Positions 37,124-48,033 of a stretch of DNA of 64,000 nucleotides are shown here, piece by piece; the first letter of the stretch is position 1; each line of letters begins with the position of its first letter. The DNA lies in contig JAGWHU010000001.1 of NCBI GenBank assembly GCA_028866575.1, positions 197 to 64,196 on the forward strand, written 5' to 3'. The position numbers were made by a program, and so were the translations under genes. The notes under the pieces are model-generated. The model searched no databases. It was not told where the DNA came from and worked only from the letters and a program-made list of their open reading frames with translations. The stretch is from Candidatus Micrarchaeota archaeon (GTDB lineage: Archaea > Micrarchaeota > Micrarchaeia > Micrarchaeales > Micrarchaeaceae).

Positions 37124-39116
37124 TCTCTTTAATTACGCGACCTTTGCAGTTTTTGCAGCGCTGATGCTGGTAAATGTAGCGTCAGCGCAGTACTGGTTCC
37201 AGAGCGGAGCAAGGGGCTCGGGAGGCGCGGTTTTAAACAGCGGCGCGGCGATTTCCATACAGACGGTTTACCAGAATGCCACTAACGGATCCCTGGGTTT
37301 CTGGGTGGGGGAGGACCTGTCAAACGGGGCATTCATACAGGTAGGCTATGAGATAACAAATGCTACAGGATACTATTCTTCCTCGTGCATGAATTCGACG
37401 AAGAGCGTTTACCTGCATGCCGGCGTTCCCACCTGGTTCTGGGAATATTTCGGCCCTGGAAGCACTAACGACTCCTTCTGCGGCGGGATAGGACCAAATG
37501 GATCCGCTGGGCCCGGGGGCTCATTCAACGAGTATTCATTCAGGTCTTCGGGCAACGTATGGAATGCGTATTTCAACGACCAGCTGATAGGGACAATAAA
37601 TCTCGGTACTGACAATTCCGGACACAATTCGCCGTCGGCTTTTGCAGAATATGCAGATACCAACACCAACAAATGGCCGCTTAAAAACGTCACGTTCAGG
37701 GACCTGCTGTATTACATAGGGAACAGCTCCAGGCTTGTCCCTGAAGGCTATGCATCCATAGGGTACGGGGTTTCGAGCCTTACCGCGCTGACCAATCCGT
37801 ACAGCGTCGCAGAGGTGAAAAACTACTCGAACTATTTCGTCGTAGGCTCAAACGTCCAGCGCGTCAAGAACTCCGCCGTATTGTGGAAGACTGGATACTC
37901 CGTAGCTGTGTATTCCGCCTATGGTAACATAACAGGAGCAGGAAACTACATAGCATATTCCCAGGTGCCGCTGTATGCGCCTCCAACAGTGAACGTAAGC
38001 AGCGGAGTAAGGGAGGTTTTCAACGGATGGACAGGCACCGGATTCAGCTCGTATACGGGCATACAGGAGAAGGTCTACATAACGCTTTACGACAACGTCA
38101 CCGAAACTGCAAAATGGACGAGGCAGTACTACCTCAACGCGACTTCGCAGTACGGCAGGCTTTCCGGAAACGGGTGGTACGATGCAAACAGCACAGCCTA
38201 CCTGTCGTTGAATTCAAACATCATAATGATAGGCCAGGGCTCGCGTGCGGTATTTGAAGGATGGAGCAACAACGTCTCTTCGGGCAGGACAAGCATATAT
38301 CTTGACAGGCCAAGAGAGGTGCATGCGGTATGGATGATACAATACTACCTCAACGCGACTTCGCAGTACGGCAATGCCATCGGGAGCGGGTGGTACGATG
38401 CAAACAGCACAGCGACTGTATCCTTGCAAAAGAGCTTTGAGCCGATAAACCAGACGGAGAGGCTTGCATTCAAAAACTGGAGCAACGGGGCGAAGTCCAA
38501 CACCACGAAAGTAGTAGTCTCCTCGCCGATGAGGCTTTCCGCGGTTTTTGAAAGGCAGTACCTAGTGGGCCTTGTTCCGGAGGACTCTAGCGGCAACGCC
38601 CTTAGCAACGTGAGTTATTACAATGTCAGCGGCCAGCAAAGCAGCTCCAACAGCATATTCGCATTTCCGGGCTCGCCGTACAACATAGAATACATATACT
38701 ACAAGGGAGCAATAGTGACGGCAAACCACAAATTCAGCATAGATTCCCCGTCGATAGTGACGTTCAAGGTGCCGGTATACGACATAATTGTAAATACGCA
38801 GAGCATATTCAGGACTCCGGTAAATGCAAGCATGAATATAACCTTTAAGAACAATACAAGCATAAATACGTATTCAGGGAATTCCGGCAGCAGGGTCTTC
38901 AACGACGTGCCGTATGGATATGCAACAGGATATGCAGAGTATTTCGGGGTGCGGCAGAGCATCAATCTGGAATACGGGGTTGACTCATACCTTACTTTCT
39001 TAACGGCATCGCTTATTGAATTCATATTTGCTGGCGTCGTGCTCATAGTTGCGATTGCAAAAGCGGCATCGTATTATGAAAACAGGCGCTCCGCCGGGCG
39101 CAGCAGGGGCAGGTAA
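37110..39116 (+). CDS. large secreted Asn/Ser/Tyr-rich surface (S-layer-like) glycoprotein with internal domain duplication and C-terminal TM anchor
   Basis: 668 aa. Signal peptide. More than 40 N-x-S/T sequons. Two ~73-aa repeats (QYYLNATSQYG…GWYDANSTA…). C-terminal hydrophobic anchor plus RRSAGRSRGR. Confidence 0.6.
   Translation: MRKYNLFNYATFAVFAALMLVNVASAQYWFQSGARGSGGAVLNSGAAISIQTVYQNATNGSLGFWVGEDLSNGAFIQVGYEITNATGYYSSSCMNSTKSVYLHAGVPTWFWEYFGPGSTNDSFCGGIGPNGSAGPGGSFNEYSFRSSGNVWNAYFNDQLIGTINLGTDNSGHNSPSAFAEYADTNTNKWPLKNVTFRDLLYYIGNSSRLVPEGYASIGYGVSSLTALTNPYSVAEVKNYSNYFVVGSNVQRVKNSAVLWKTGYSVAVYSAYGNITGAGNYIAYSQVPLYAPPTVNVSSGVREVFNGWTGTGFSSYTGIQEKVYITLYDNVTETAKWTRQYYLNATSQYGRLSGNGWYDANSTAYLSLNSNIIMIGQGSRAVFEGWSNNVSSGRTSIYLDRPREVHAVWMIQYYLNATSQYGNAIGSGWYDANSTATVSLQKSFEPINQTERLAFKNWSNGAKSNTTKVVVSSPMRLSAVFERQYLVGLVPEDSSGNALSNVSYYNVSGQQSSSNSIFAFPGSPYNIEYIYYKGAIVTANHKFSIDSPSIVTFKVPVYDIIVNTQSIFRTPVNASMNITFKNNTSINTYSGNSGSRVFNDVPYGYATGYAEYFGVRQSINLEYGVDSYLTFLTASLIEFIFAGVVLIVAIAKAASYYENRRSAGRSRGR
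38127..38197 (+). repeat. 71-bp direct repeat, copy 1 (near-identical to 38343-38413) within the surface-protein gene
   Basis: tactacctcaacgcgacttcgcagtacggca…ggtggtacgatgcaaacagcacagc recurs 216 bp downstream. Only a short central stretch differs. Confidence 0.8.
38343..38413 (+). repeat. 71-bp direct repeat, copy 2
   Basis: See copy 1. Confidence 0.8.
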
Positions 39117-39124
39117 ACACACAT

Positions 39125-41893
39125 TTGGTGCCGGCAATGGTGGACTTGTATTCGTCGTTTTTAGAAAAGCATTCCGATTTCACAGAGATACAGAAGCTTT
39201 CGATGGGCATTATCGAGGGCGGAAGCAACTGCCTGATAGTGGCGCCCACCGGCGCAGGCAAGACAGAGGCTGCAGTGCTGCCATTGCTAAGGGCTTTGGC
39301 AGGAAGGGGATTGCCGCCTATAAATGTACTTTACATCACGCCGTTGAGGGCCCTGAACAGGGACATGCTGGGAAGGCTGGAGGAGCTTTGCAAGATTGCA
39401 GGCATAACCATAGGCGTCAGGCACGGCGACACTACGCAAAAGGAAAGGAGCAGGCAGGCAAGATTGGCGCCTTCGCTGCTCATAACTACGCCGGAAACGC
39501 TCCAGAGCATATTGCCCACGAAATACATGGGCGCCTACCTCAGGAACCTGAAGGTTGTTGTCATAGACGAGCTGCATGAGCTGTACCACAACAAGAGGGG
39601 GGCGCAGCTTTCGGTTGCGCTTGAGAGGCTGGAGGAGCTTTCGCCGAACTTCCAGAGGATAGGGATCAGCGCGACAATAGGGGACACGCAAACGGCAAAA
39701 AGCTTCCTCTGCGGCGATAGAAACTGCAAGATAGCAAAAGTAGGTTCGGTAAGGGACGTCAGGCTGTCTGTAGAGATGCCGCAAAATCCTGGCAAAGGAT
39801 CGGAAGAGATGAGGGACAGGTTCGGCCTTGACGGTCCCTCGATGGCGCGCCTGGAGAGGATATCGGAGCTTGTCAGGCATTCAAGGTCCGCGCTGATATT
39901 TGCGAACACAAGGCAGATAGTTGAAAGCGTAGGGAGCAGGCTGCTTTACCTTAACGGAATAAACCCGTTCGGCGGAATGGGCATACACCACAGCTCGCTG
40001 GACAAGGCGGAACGCATAGAGATAGAGAACAGCTTCAAGAACGGAAACATAAGGGGCATAATGTCGACCAGCTCGCTGGAGCTTGGAATAGACATAGGCA
40101 GCATAGACCTCGTCATACAGTACGGATCGCCGAGGCAGGCGCTCAGGCTTGCGCAGAGGGTGGGAAGGAGCGGGCACACGCATAAGGGAACCGCAAGGGG
40201 CGTTGTCATAGCAACCAATCCCATGGAAGCGCTCGAGACCTTTGCTATATTCAGGATATTGAAGGAGGGTGAATTCGAGAGGTTCAGGCCGCAGCTGGGT
40301 GCGCTCGATGTCCTTGCTAACCAGATATGCGGGATAGCACTGGACAAGGGGAAAATAGAGCTGGAAGCTCTGCTTAGGATAATCAGGAGGTCCTTCATTT
40401 ACCGCGATGCGGATTCTGCATTGCTGGCGAGGCTCGCAGGGTTCATGCTGAAGCTGAGGTTGATAGGATTCGACGGGAAGTTCATAACTTCAGGGAGCAG
40501 GACAAGGATGTATTATTACAGCCACTTGAGCACCATACCTGATTCCAAAAGGTTCATTGTGAAGAACGTAATGGAGAACCGCACGATATCATCCCTTGAC
40601 GAGAGGTTCGTTGCCAACAACGTTGACGAAGGCAGCATATTCATAACCAAGGGCCTGCCGTGGCGCGTTATCAGCATAGACGGAGGCGTGATAAGCGTTG
40701 AGCCGAGCACGGACCTGGAGGCTGCGGTCCCGGATTGGACCGGGGAGGATATACCGGTAAGCGGGAAAACCGTTGAAAACGTGTTCGGTTTCTTCGGAAG
40801 CAAGCGTATGGATCAGGGGGCAGAGTTGGATCAAGGCACTTACACGGCCATGAAGAGGCTCGTGGAGAGCCAGAGGCAGCACTTCATACCATCCAAATCT
40901 GAGCTTGCGATAGAAAGGCTGGACGACCACTGCATAATATACACCGGACTGGGCACGCAGGCAAACGAGGCCCTGTCAAGGCTTCTTGCCCACCTTGTCA
41001 GCCTGAAGCTCGGCGCCAGCATAAACGTGAAGTCCTCACCTTATATGATCATGCTTGATGTGAATAGGGACTTCGACATCGCTGGCATTTTGAAAAGCAT
41101 GGGACCAGATGCCGCGGAGAATGCATTGAGGGAGGCGCTTTCAGATACAGAGCTTTTCAGGTACAGGTTCATAACAGTTGCAAAGCTCTTCGGGATAATC
41201 GACAGGGATGCAACCGTGTCCAGATCCGTTGCAAGGAAGGTCATGCGGGTGATGCAGGGCACCCCGATGTACGATGAGACTTTCAGGGAGCTCATGGAGA
41301 ACTACTTTGACATAGGTGCATTGAGGGAATTCTTCGGGATGCTAGATAAGGGATTGATTGACGTAAAGCAGTATGACCTTGGATCTGCCTCTCCGCTGAC
41401 AAGGCTGATATTGAACTCTGCTTATTACACCAAGGAGCTCATAACGCCTTTAACGCCGAACAGCGCGCTTGTCGAATCGTTTGCGCGTTTTATAATGCAG
41501 AAGAGCGCGAAGCTCCTGTGCACATACTGCGGCTTCACCTTCTCCAGGAAGCTTTCGGAGATAAAGGATTCCGGAAGGATATCGTGCCCGGGCTGCGGGA
41601 GCCCGATGATAACATTTTACGAGGATTCGTATGCAGGTGTCATACGCAAGCGGATTGGATCGAAGCGCCTGAATGCCAAAGAGAAATCCGTGCTCAAGGA
41701 AATGCTGCAGTATTCAAGCCTGATTGAGGCATACGGGCCTAAGGCTGTGATAGCGTTATCGGTCTATGGGGTAGGACCGAGGAGCGCTGCCAGGATCCTC
41801 ATGATGCTGAGGAGGGAGGAGAAGACCTTCTTCCTGGACCTGATAGAGGCGCAGAAGAGCTTCATAAGGACGAAGAAATACTGGTCAGTGTGA
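39125..41893 (+). CDS. lhr: Lhr-family large ATP-dependent helicase (DEAD/DEAH box, superfamily 2)
   Basis: 922 aa. Walker A APTGAGKTEAA. DELHEL. Helicase C motifs. C-terminal CxxC…CxxC zinc ribbon (CTYCGF…CPGCGS). Confidence 0.8.
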   Translation: MVPAMVDLYSSFLEKHSDFTEIQKLSMGIIEGGSNCLIVAPTGAGKTEAAVLPLLRALAGRGLPPINVLYITPLRALNRDMLGRLEELCKIAGITIGVRHGDTTQKERSRQARLAPSLLITTPETLQSILPTKYMGAYLRNLKVVVIDELHELYHNKRGAQLSVALERLEELSPNFQRIGISATIGDTQTAKSFLCGDRNCKIAKVGSVRDVRLSVEMPQNPGKGSEEMRDRFGLDGPSMARLERISELVRHSRSALIFANTRQIVESVGSRLLYLNGINPFGGMGIHHSSLDKAERIEIENSFKNGNIRGIMSTSSLELGIDIGSIDLVIQYGSPRQALRLAQRVGRSGHTHKGTARGVVIATNPMEALETFAIFRILKEGEFERFRPQLGALDVLANQICGIALDKGKIELEALLRIIRRSFIYRDADSALLARLAGFMLKLRLIGFDGKFITSGSRTRMYYYSHLSTIPDSKRFIVKNVMENRTISSLDERFVANNVDEGSIFITKGLPWRVISIDGGVISVEPSTDLEAAVPDWTGEDIPVSGKTVENVFGFFGSKRMDQGAELDQGTYTAMKRLVESQRQHFIPSKSELAIERLDDHCIIYTGLGTQANEALSRLLAHLVSLKLGASINVKSSPYMIMLDVNRDFDIAGILKSMGPDAAENALREALSDTELFRYRFITVAKLFGIIDRDATVSRSVARKVMRVMQGTPMYDETFRELMENYFDIGALREFFGMLDKGLIDVKQYDLGSASPLTRLILNSAYYTKELITPLTPNSALVESFARFIMQKSAKLLCTYCGFTFSRKLSEIKDSGRISCPGCGSPMITFYEDSYAGVIRKRIGSKRLNAKEKSVLKEMLQYSSLIEAYGPKAVIALSVYGVGPRSAARILMMLRREEKTFFLDLIEAQKSFIRTKKYWSV

Positions 41894-41896
41894 ATT

Positions 41897-42427
41897 CTAC
41901 CTGCTGCTTACTTCCTTTACCTCCACGTCGTGCTCCTTTGGGATAACCTTGTACTTCGCGTTCTCGAAATGCATCGCCAGCTCCCTACCGTTGTAGAATT
42001 CATGCAGGAATATTGCTATGGCTGCAGAGCTGCAGTGCGGCTGGGATGATACGCTTATGTTGAAATCTGCGAGCTTGTGCACCTGCTTCGCCTTGTCGTT
42101 GTCCTTGAGCGTAACTATGAGGAGTATGTTCCTGTATGTCTTTAGGGAGTATTTTTTCTCGTGAAGTGGAACCCCGTACCTCGTGAGATAAACCTTGATG
42201 TACTTGGATGACGGCGCCAGCAGCTCCCTGTGGCTTTTGGCGAAGTTCACCCTGAACCTCCCGCCCCAGTTTTTGTTTAGTTTGGAGACGTATCCGAGGA
42301 TCTTCCTGTCTGCAATGCCCACAAAAGTTATTTCAGACGCTCCCAGAGCCCTGGACGTCAGGCACAGGTCAAGGCTCGAAGCGTATGTGCTTTTACCCAT
42401 GGCTAGTACGCTTATCGTAAATTGCAC
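41897..42427 (-). CDS. trm56: tRNA (cytidine56-2'-O)-methyltransferase aTrm56 (SPOUT)
   Basis: 176 aa. WGGRFRVNF…YLTRYG…ADFNISVSSQPHCSSAAIAIFL matches the aTrm56 family. Confidence 0.65.
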   Translation of the reverse strand: MQFTISVLAMGKSTYASSLDLCLTSRALGASEITFVGIADRKILGYVSKLNKNWGGRFRVNFAKSHRELLAPSSKYIKVYLTRYGVPLHEKKYSLKTYRNILLIVTLKDNDKAKQVHKLADFNISVSSQPHCSSAAIAIFLHEFYNGRELAMHFENAKYKVIPKEHDVEVKEVSSR

Positions 42428-42469
42428 CCGATATTTACCGTTGTCAAACTTAATAATTGTTTTGCGCGG

Positions 42470-44899
42470 TTACGCAACCTTTTCATCCACGTATTTGGTT
42501 ATTGTCTGTGCGTCCACTATCGTTGCACCGTCATCAAGCCTCATCAGCCTCACGCCGCTAGCTGCCCTTCCGGTCACCCTTATGTCTTCAACAGGGAACG
42601 TTATGGATATGCCCTTTGAGCTGATTAGTATCACGTTGTCGCTGTTGGCGACTTTCAGGGCCTTTACCACGTATCCAGTCTTCTCTTTCGTCTTGAGGTT
42701 TATGACGCCCTTGCCGCCCCTCGCCTGCGTCCTGTACCTGTCTAGCTCTGTTACCTTCCCGTACCCCTTTTCCGTTATCGATGCTATCAGGTCGCTGCCG
42801 TTGGCTGAAAGGACGTTTACAACCCTGTCCTCGGGATTGAGCCTTATGCCCCTTACGCCATGCGCGATCCTGCTCATCGGCCTTATGCCCTCTTCCCTGA
42901 ACCTGAGCGCTTTGCCCCTTCTGGTAGCTATGAAAAGCTCAGAATTGCCGTTGGACAGGCATACATCAGAAAGCTCGTCGCCATCTCGGAGAGGCATGGC
43001 CATTATGCCGTTCGCCCTCGGCCTGGAGAACTTTTCGGCCCGCACCCTCTTTATCTTGCCCTTTGCCGTTATGAACGTAAGGTAAGATTTCTCGAAGACC
43101 CTTGTGTTTATTATGCTGCCTACCTTTTCCCCTTCGCTGAACTTCACAAGGTTTACCGCTGCCTTCCCTATCCCGTATCTTCCCTCTTCCGGGACCATGT
43201 AGGCCTTGAGCCAGTACGCCCTTCCCTTGTTTGACAATACAAGGAGATAGTCCTTGAGCATGCAGGATACTATCTGCTTGACGAAGTCGCCCTCCTTCAG
43301 CTGTATGGCTATGACGCCCTTGCCGCCCCTTTCCTGGGATCTATAGACCTTTGTTGAAATCCTCTTCATGTAGTTATTGTTGGTGAGGATGATTGTGGCT
43401 TCCTCGTCCTTTATGAGATCCTCGTTGTCGAATTCCTTTTCCGGGACGTTCTTGTCTATGTCGGTGCGCCTGTCCCTGCCGTATTTCCCCTTTATGTACG
43501 CAGTCTCCTGCTCGATTATATCGTATACCTTTTTATCGTCCTCAAGAATCGCCTTCAGGCTGGATATGCTCGCTGTCAGCTCTCCCCTTTCCGTTTCAAG
43601 CGAGCTAGTCTCGAGGTTGGTAAGCTTGCTCAGCTTCATGTCGAGTATGGCGTTTGCCTGCCTCTCGCTTATCATGTATTTTTCCATGAGCGTGGACCTT
43701 GCGGACTTCAGGTCCTCGCTGGCCTTGATTGCAGATATCACGCCGTCTATGTCGCGTACCGCGACAAGCAATCCCTCGACTATGTGAAGCCTGTCAGAAG
43801 CTATGCTTAGATCGTATTGCGTCCTTTTCGTTATGACGCTTATCCTGTGCTCTATGAATATCTTGATGAACTGCCTCAGGTTCAGGGTCACAAGGTTGTT
43901 CCCTATAACTGCTATGTTCATCACAGGCATGGAGGTCTCAAGCTGAGTGTGCCTGTATAGGGTGTTGAGCACGACATCAAGGTCGGCGTCCTGCCTTAGC
44001 TCTATGACTATCCTTATACCCTCCTTCCCGCTTTCGTCCCTAAGGTCGGATATGCCGGTTATCCTCTTGGTCTTCACAAGGTTTGCTATAGCCTCGACCA
44101 TCGAGGCCTTGTTTACGGTGTATGGTATTTCGGTTATTATTATCGCGCTCCTGTTCTTTATCTTCTCTATGCTGTGCTTGCCCCTTATCGTCACCGTCCC
44201 CCTCCCGGTTATGTAAGATGATACAAGCGCGTTGTTGTAGAATACAGTGCCGCCGGTAGGGAGGTCCGGCCCCAGAACGTACTGCAGGAGCTCCTCAGAG
44301 GTTATTTCGTGGTTCTTGATATAGGCGATTATTGCGTCGCACAGCTCGGAAAGGTTATGTGGCATTATGTTAGTGGCTACCCCTACAGCTATGCCCGAGG
44401 CCCCGTTGAGCAGGAGATGGGGAAGCTTCGTAGGCAGAAGTAGCGGCTCCTCCTCCGTATTGTCAAAGTTCGGCACAAATGTAACTGATTTCTTTTCCAG
44501 GTCCGCAAGCATCTCGTCGGAGATTTTGCTAAGCCTGACTTCCGTGTACCTTTGCGCGGCAGGCGGGTCCCCGTCAATCGATCCCATGTTCCCCTGCCCT
44601 TCCACGAGCATGTGGTTCATGGAGAAGTTCTGCGCCATCCTTACGAGCGTGTCGTATACTGCCATGTCCCCGTGAGGATGGTATTTGCCCATGCATTCGC
44701 CGACTATCCTGGCGCTTTTCTTAGTTGGCTGGTCATGGGTGTTGTTGATCTTGTACATCGTGTAGAGTATCCTCCTCTGCGCCGGCTTCAGGCCGTCCCT
44801 TGCGTCGGGAAGCGCCCTGCCGACAATTACGCTCATCGCGTAATCGATGTAGCTTGACTGCATCTCTTTCTCAATATCGGAATCTATTACTTCCTCCAT
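42470..44899 (-). CDS. gyrA: DNA gyrase subunit A
   Basis: 809 aa. …GKYHPHGD… and active-site region IMPHNLSE… (Tyr region). C-terminal beta-pinwheel repeats. Confidence 0.9.
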   Translation of the reverse strand: MEEVIDSDIEKEMQSSYIDYAMSVIVGRALPDARDGLKPAQRRILYTMYKINNTHDQPTKKSARIVGECMGKYHPHGDMAVYDTLVRMAQNFSMNHMLVEGQGNMGSIDGDPPAAQRYTEVRLSKISDEMLADLEKKSVTFVPNFDNTEEEPLLLPTKLPHLLLNGASGIAVGVATNIMPHNLSELCDAIIAYIKNHEITSEELLQYVLGPDLPTGGTVFYNNALVSSYITGRGTVTIRGKHSIEKIKNRSAIIITEIPYTVNKASMVEAIANLVKTKRITGISDLRDESGKEGIRIVIELRQDADLDVVLNTLYRHTQLETSMPVMNIAVIGNNLVTLNLRQFIKIFIEHRISVITKRTQYDLSIASDRLHIVEGLLVAVRDIDGVISAIKASEDLKSARSTLMEKYMISERQANAILDMKLSKLTNLETSSLETERGELTASISSLKAILEDDKKVYDIIEQETAYIKGKYGRDRRTDIDKNVPEKEFDNEDLIKDEEATIILTNNNYMKRISTKVYRSQERGGKGVIAIQLKEGDFVKQIVSCMLKDYLLVLSNKGRAYWLKAYMVPEEGRYGIGKAAVNLVKFSEGEKVGSIINTRVFEKSYLTFITAKGKIKRVRAEKFSRPRANGIMAMPLRDGDELSDVCLSNGNSELFIATRRGKALRFREEGIRPMSRIAHGVRGIRLNPEDRVVNVLSANGSDLIASITEKGYGKVTELDRYRTQARGGKGVINLKTKEKTGYVVKALKVANSDNVILISSKGISITFPVEDIRVTGRAASGVRLMRLDDGATIVDAQTITKYVDEKVA

Positions 44900-44902
44900 G
44901 TT

Positions 44903-46840
44903 TCACACGTCCAAGAACGATACCTCGCTGGAATGCTCCTCGAGGAATTTCCTCCTCTGCTCCACGTCAATCCCCATGAGTATTGAGAATATCGCATCCG
45001 CTATCCTCGCGTCCTTTATCGTTATCTTCTTGAGCATCCTGTTTTCCGGGTTCATTGTGGTTTCCCAGAGCTGCTCCGGATTCATCTCTCCGAGACCCTT
45101 GTAGCGCTGCACTGACGCCTTGCCATCGTACTGCTGCATCGCCTTGTTGAGCTCGGCGTCGGAATAAAGGTATTTTGATTCCTTGCCCTTTGTAACCCTG
45201 TAGAGGGGAGGCTGGGCTATGTATATGTTGCCCTTTTCTATAAGGGGGCGCATGTACCTGTAGAAAAATGTGAGCAGCAATGTCCTTATGTGGCTGCCGT
45301 CGACATCCGCATCAGTCAGGAGTATTATCTTGTTGTACCTTAGGTTTTCCGGATTGAACGATTCCCTTATGCCTACCCCAAAGGCGGTTACCATAAGATG
45401 AAGTTCCGAATTGTTGAATATTTTTTCTTCAGATGCCTTTTCAACGTTGAGCACCTTTCCCCTTAACGGGAGTATGGCCTGGAAGTGCCTGTCCCTGCCC
45501 TGCTTGCTGGAGCCGGCCGCGCTGACGCCCTCGACTATGAATATCTCGGACTTGGAGGGATCGCTTTCCGTGCAGTCGGCGAGCTTGCCGGGCAGTACGG
45601 AACCCTCGAACAGGCTCTTCTTCCTTGCCAGCTCCTTGGCCCTCCTTGCTGATTCCCTTGCCTCTGCAGTACTTGTTATCTTCCTTATTATGCTAGCAGC
45701 CTCTGCAGGATTCTCCTCCAGATAGGTCGATAGTATGGAATATAAAGTGGTGTCGACCACGCTTTTTACGGTGCTGTTACCTAGCTTTTCCTTTGTCTGC
45801 CCTTCGAATTCGGGGTTTTGCATCGATACTGACAAAACCGCTATAAGGCCCTCCCTTGTGTCCTCTCCCTCGATGTTAACCTGCTGCTTTATTTTTTTGC
45901 TGCTCTTCTGCAGGTAGTTGGTGATTGCACGTGTAAGTGCAGTCCTGAATCCAATGACGTGCGTTCCCCCTTCCGGAGTCCTTATCTTGTTTACGAACGA
46001 TAGGAGGTCCTCGGAATAGCTGTTGACGTACTGCATTCCAAGTTCTATGTTTATCGAATCTGCATGCTTGCTCACGATTATCTTGCTTGTAAGCGGCTCC
46101 TTGCCATCCCTTATAAACTCGAGGAAATCAGATATCCCTTTTTCTGATGTGTATTCTGATATTTTCTCGTTTGTGGGGTCCCTCTTGTCTATGAGCACTA
46201 TCCTTATCCCCGGATTTAGATACCCGAGCTCCTTGAGCCTTTCGTTGAGCTCTATCGAGTCGAAGCTCTTAGCAGAGAATATTGTAGTGTCTGGCTTGAA
46301 CCTTATCGTAGTGCCGGTATCGCTTGTTTCGCCCATCACCTCTAGCGGCTTTGATACCGCGCCCTTGCTGAATGTCTCCCTGTACATTTTCCCGTTTCTT
46401 TTCACAGTAACTTCGGTGAACTCCGACAGCGAGTTCACGACAGTGAGCCCGACCCCGTGCAGTCCTCCGGAGACCTTGTATATTTTGTTGTTGAACTTTG
46501 CGCCTGTGTGAAGGGAGGTCATTATTACCTCAAGCGCAGACTTCCCCTCTTTTTCCATAATGTCAACAGGTATTCCCCTGCCGTTGTCGCTTATTTCTGC
46601 AACGTCCACATCCTGGTCCCGCGTGAGCACTATTTTTATCTCCTTTGCATAGCCTGCCTGCGCCTCGTCCACCGCGTTGTCCACTATCTCGTAGAGCAGG
46701 TGAAGGTAGCCCTTGCTGCTCGTTGAGCCTATGTACATTGCGGGCCTTTTCCGCACGCCCTCGGTGCCCGAAAGCGCCACTATATCCTTTGCGCTATACT
46801 CGTTAGTTTCCATGCTGCTACCACTGGATTTAGAAGTCAT
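44903..46840 (-). CDS. gyrB: DNA gyrase subunit B
   Basis: 645 aa. GHKL ATPase motifs (…LHHLVYEIVDNAVDE…, GLHGVG). TOPRIM EGVSAAGS…DGSHI. Confidence 0.9.
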   Translation of the reverse strand: MTSKSSGSSMETNEYSAKDIVALSGTEGVRKRPAMYIGSTSSKGYLHLLYEIVDNAVDEAQAGYAKEIKIVLTRDQDVDVAEISDNGRGIPVDIMEKEGKSALEVIMTSLHTGAKFNNKIYKVSGGLHGVGLTVVNSLSEFTEVTVKRNGKMYRETFSKGAVSKPLEVMGETSDTGTTIRFKPDTTIFSAKSFDSIELNERLKELGYLNPGIRIVLIDKRDPTNEKISEYTSEKGISDFLEFIRDGKEPLTSKIIVSKHADSINIELGMQYVNSYSEDLLSFVNKIRTPEGGTHVIGFRTALTRAITNYLQKSSKKIKQQVNIEGEDTREGLIAVLSVSMQNPEFEGQTKEKLGNSTVKSVVDTTLYSILSTYLEENPAEAASIIRKITSTAEARESARRAKELARKKSLFEGSVLPGKLADCTESDPSKSEIFIVEGVSAAGSSKQGRDRHFQAILPLRGKVLNVEKASEEKIFNNSELHLMVTAFGVGIRESFNPENLRYNKIILLTDADVDGSHIRTLLLTFFYRYMRPLIEKGNIYIAQPPLYRVTKGKESKYLYSDAELNKAMQQYDGKASVQRYKGLGEMNPEQLWETTMNPENRMLKKITIKDARIADAIFSILMGIDVEQRRKFLEEHSSEVSFLDV

Positions 46841-46965
46841 TTAATACTCTATTTTTTATCTTTAAAACCCTTTCTATAATGATAGCAAAAAACGGGAAAT
46901 GGCTACCTTGCACAACAGGCGAAAAGAAATAAATATATCAAAATCCAAATACCATTAGGGTTGAA

Positions 46966-48021
46966 ATGGATAGCGTGGCGAGGCTGTGGAAAGGGTCAGG
47001 AAACGGGAAGGTTGAGTGTACGGCTTGCGCTAGGAGATGCAGGATCCCGGAAGGATCCAATGGCTTCTGTTTCGTGAGGCAAAACCACAACGGAAAGCTA
47101 CGTCTAGTGAATTACGGGAAGCTGGAGGCGATACAGATAGACCCGATAGAGAAGAAGCCATTCAACCATTTCATGCCGGGAAGTTATGTCCTTGGTGTAG
47201 GGACTTCCTCGTGCAATTGGGGGTGCCTTTTCTGCCAGAACCACAACATATCCAAGGAAAGGGAGATAAACGGGAGGGATGTCACGCCGGAGGAGGTTGT
47301 GGGGCTTGCGCTTGAAAACAACGCGCAGTGCATTGCGTTTACGTACAACGAGCCGACAATCTTCATTGAATACGCGATAGACGTAGCGGGGTTGGCACAT
47401 ATGAGGGGGCTTTACAACCTTTTCGTCACAAACGGCTACATGACTGAGGAGGCGGTGGAGCTGATGAAGGGCAACATAGACGCCGCAGTGATAAACCTCA
47501 AGGGCAATGGGGAGCAGAAATTCTCGAACAAGTATGAGGTGGTGATGTCGAACAAGCCGGTAAAGGAATCGCTTGTAAGGCTGAAGGATTCCGGGATACA
47601 TGTGGAGATCACAGACTTGATAATACCTGGCGTCGGGGATTCGCTGAAGGCGTGCGACGAGCTGACAGGATGGATAGCGGATAATCTGGGAACTGATACG
47701 CCATTGCAGTTCACGCGTTTCCACCCGGATTACAAAATGCTGGATTCGTCGGTTACTCCGTATCAGACGCTTGAGAAGCACTACGATGTGGCAAAGCGCA
47801 ACGGCCTCGATTACGTTTACATAGGCAACGTCCCAGGAAATCCCCACGAGAGCACCTATTGCCCGTCCTGCAATTCCGAGGTCATAAAAAGATATGGGCA
47901 TTACATAACAGGATACGGGATTGATTCAGGCGGCAAATGCAAAAACTGCAGCTTCAGGATACCTGTTTTCGGCAGGCCACCGAAAGTATTTAGATATGAA
48001 AGTGTGAAAGCACTATATTAG
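46966..48021 (+). CDS. radical SAM enzyme, PFL-activase-like (AmmeMemoRadiSam-type, COG1180)
   Basis: 351 aa. N-terminal Cys ribbon (CTACARRC…GFCFVR). DPIEKKP. CNWGCLFCQN (Cx3Cx2C). C-terminal CPSC…CKNC. Confidence 0.6.
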   Translation: MDSVARLWKGSGNGKVECTACARRCRIPEGSNGFCFVRQNHNGKLRLVNYGKLEAIQIDPIEKKPFNHFMPGSYVLGVGTSSCNWGCLFCQNHNISKEREINGRDVTPEEVVGLALENNAQCIAFTYNEPTIFIEYAIDVAGLAHMRGLYNLFVTNGYMTEEAVELMKGNIDAAVINLKGNGEQKFSNKYEVVMSNKPVKESLVRLKDSGIHVEITDLIIPGVGDSLKACDELTGWIADNLGTDTPLQFTRFHPDYKMLDSSVTPYQTLEKHYDVAKRNGLDYVYIGNVPGNPHESTYCPSCNSEVIKRYGHYITGYGIDSGGKCKNCSFRIPVFGRPPKVFRYESVKALY

Positions 48022-48033
48022 GCGGCGTTTCCT

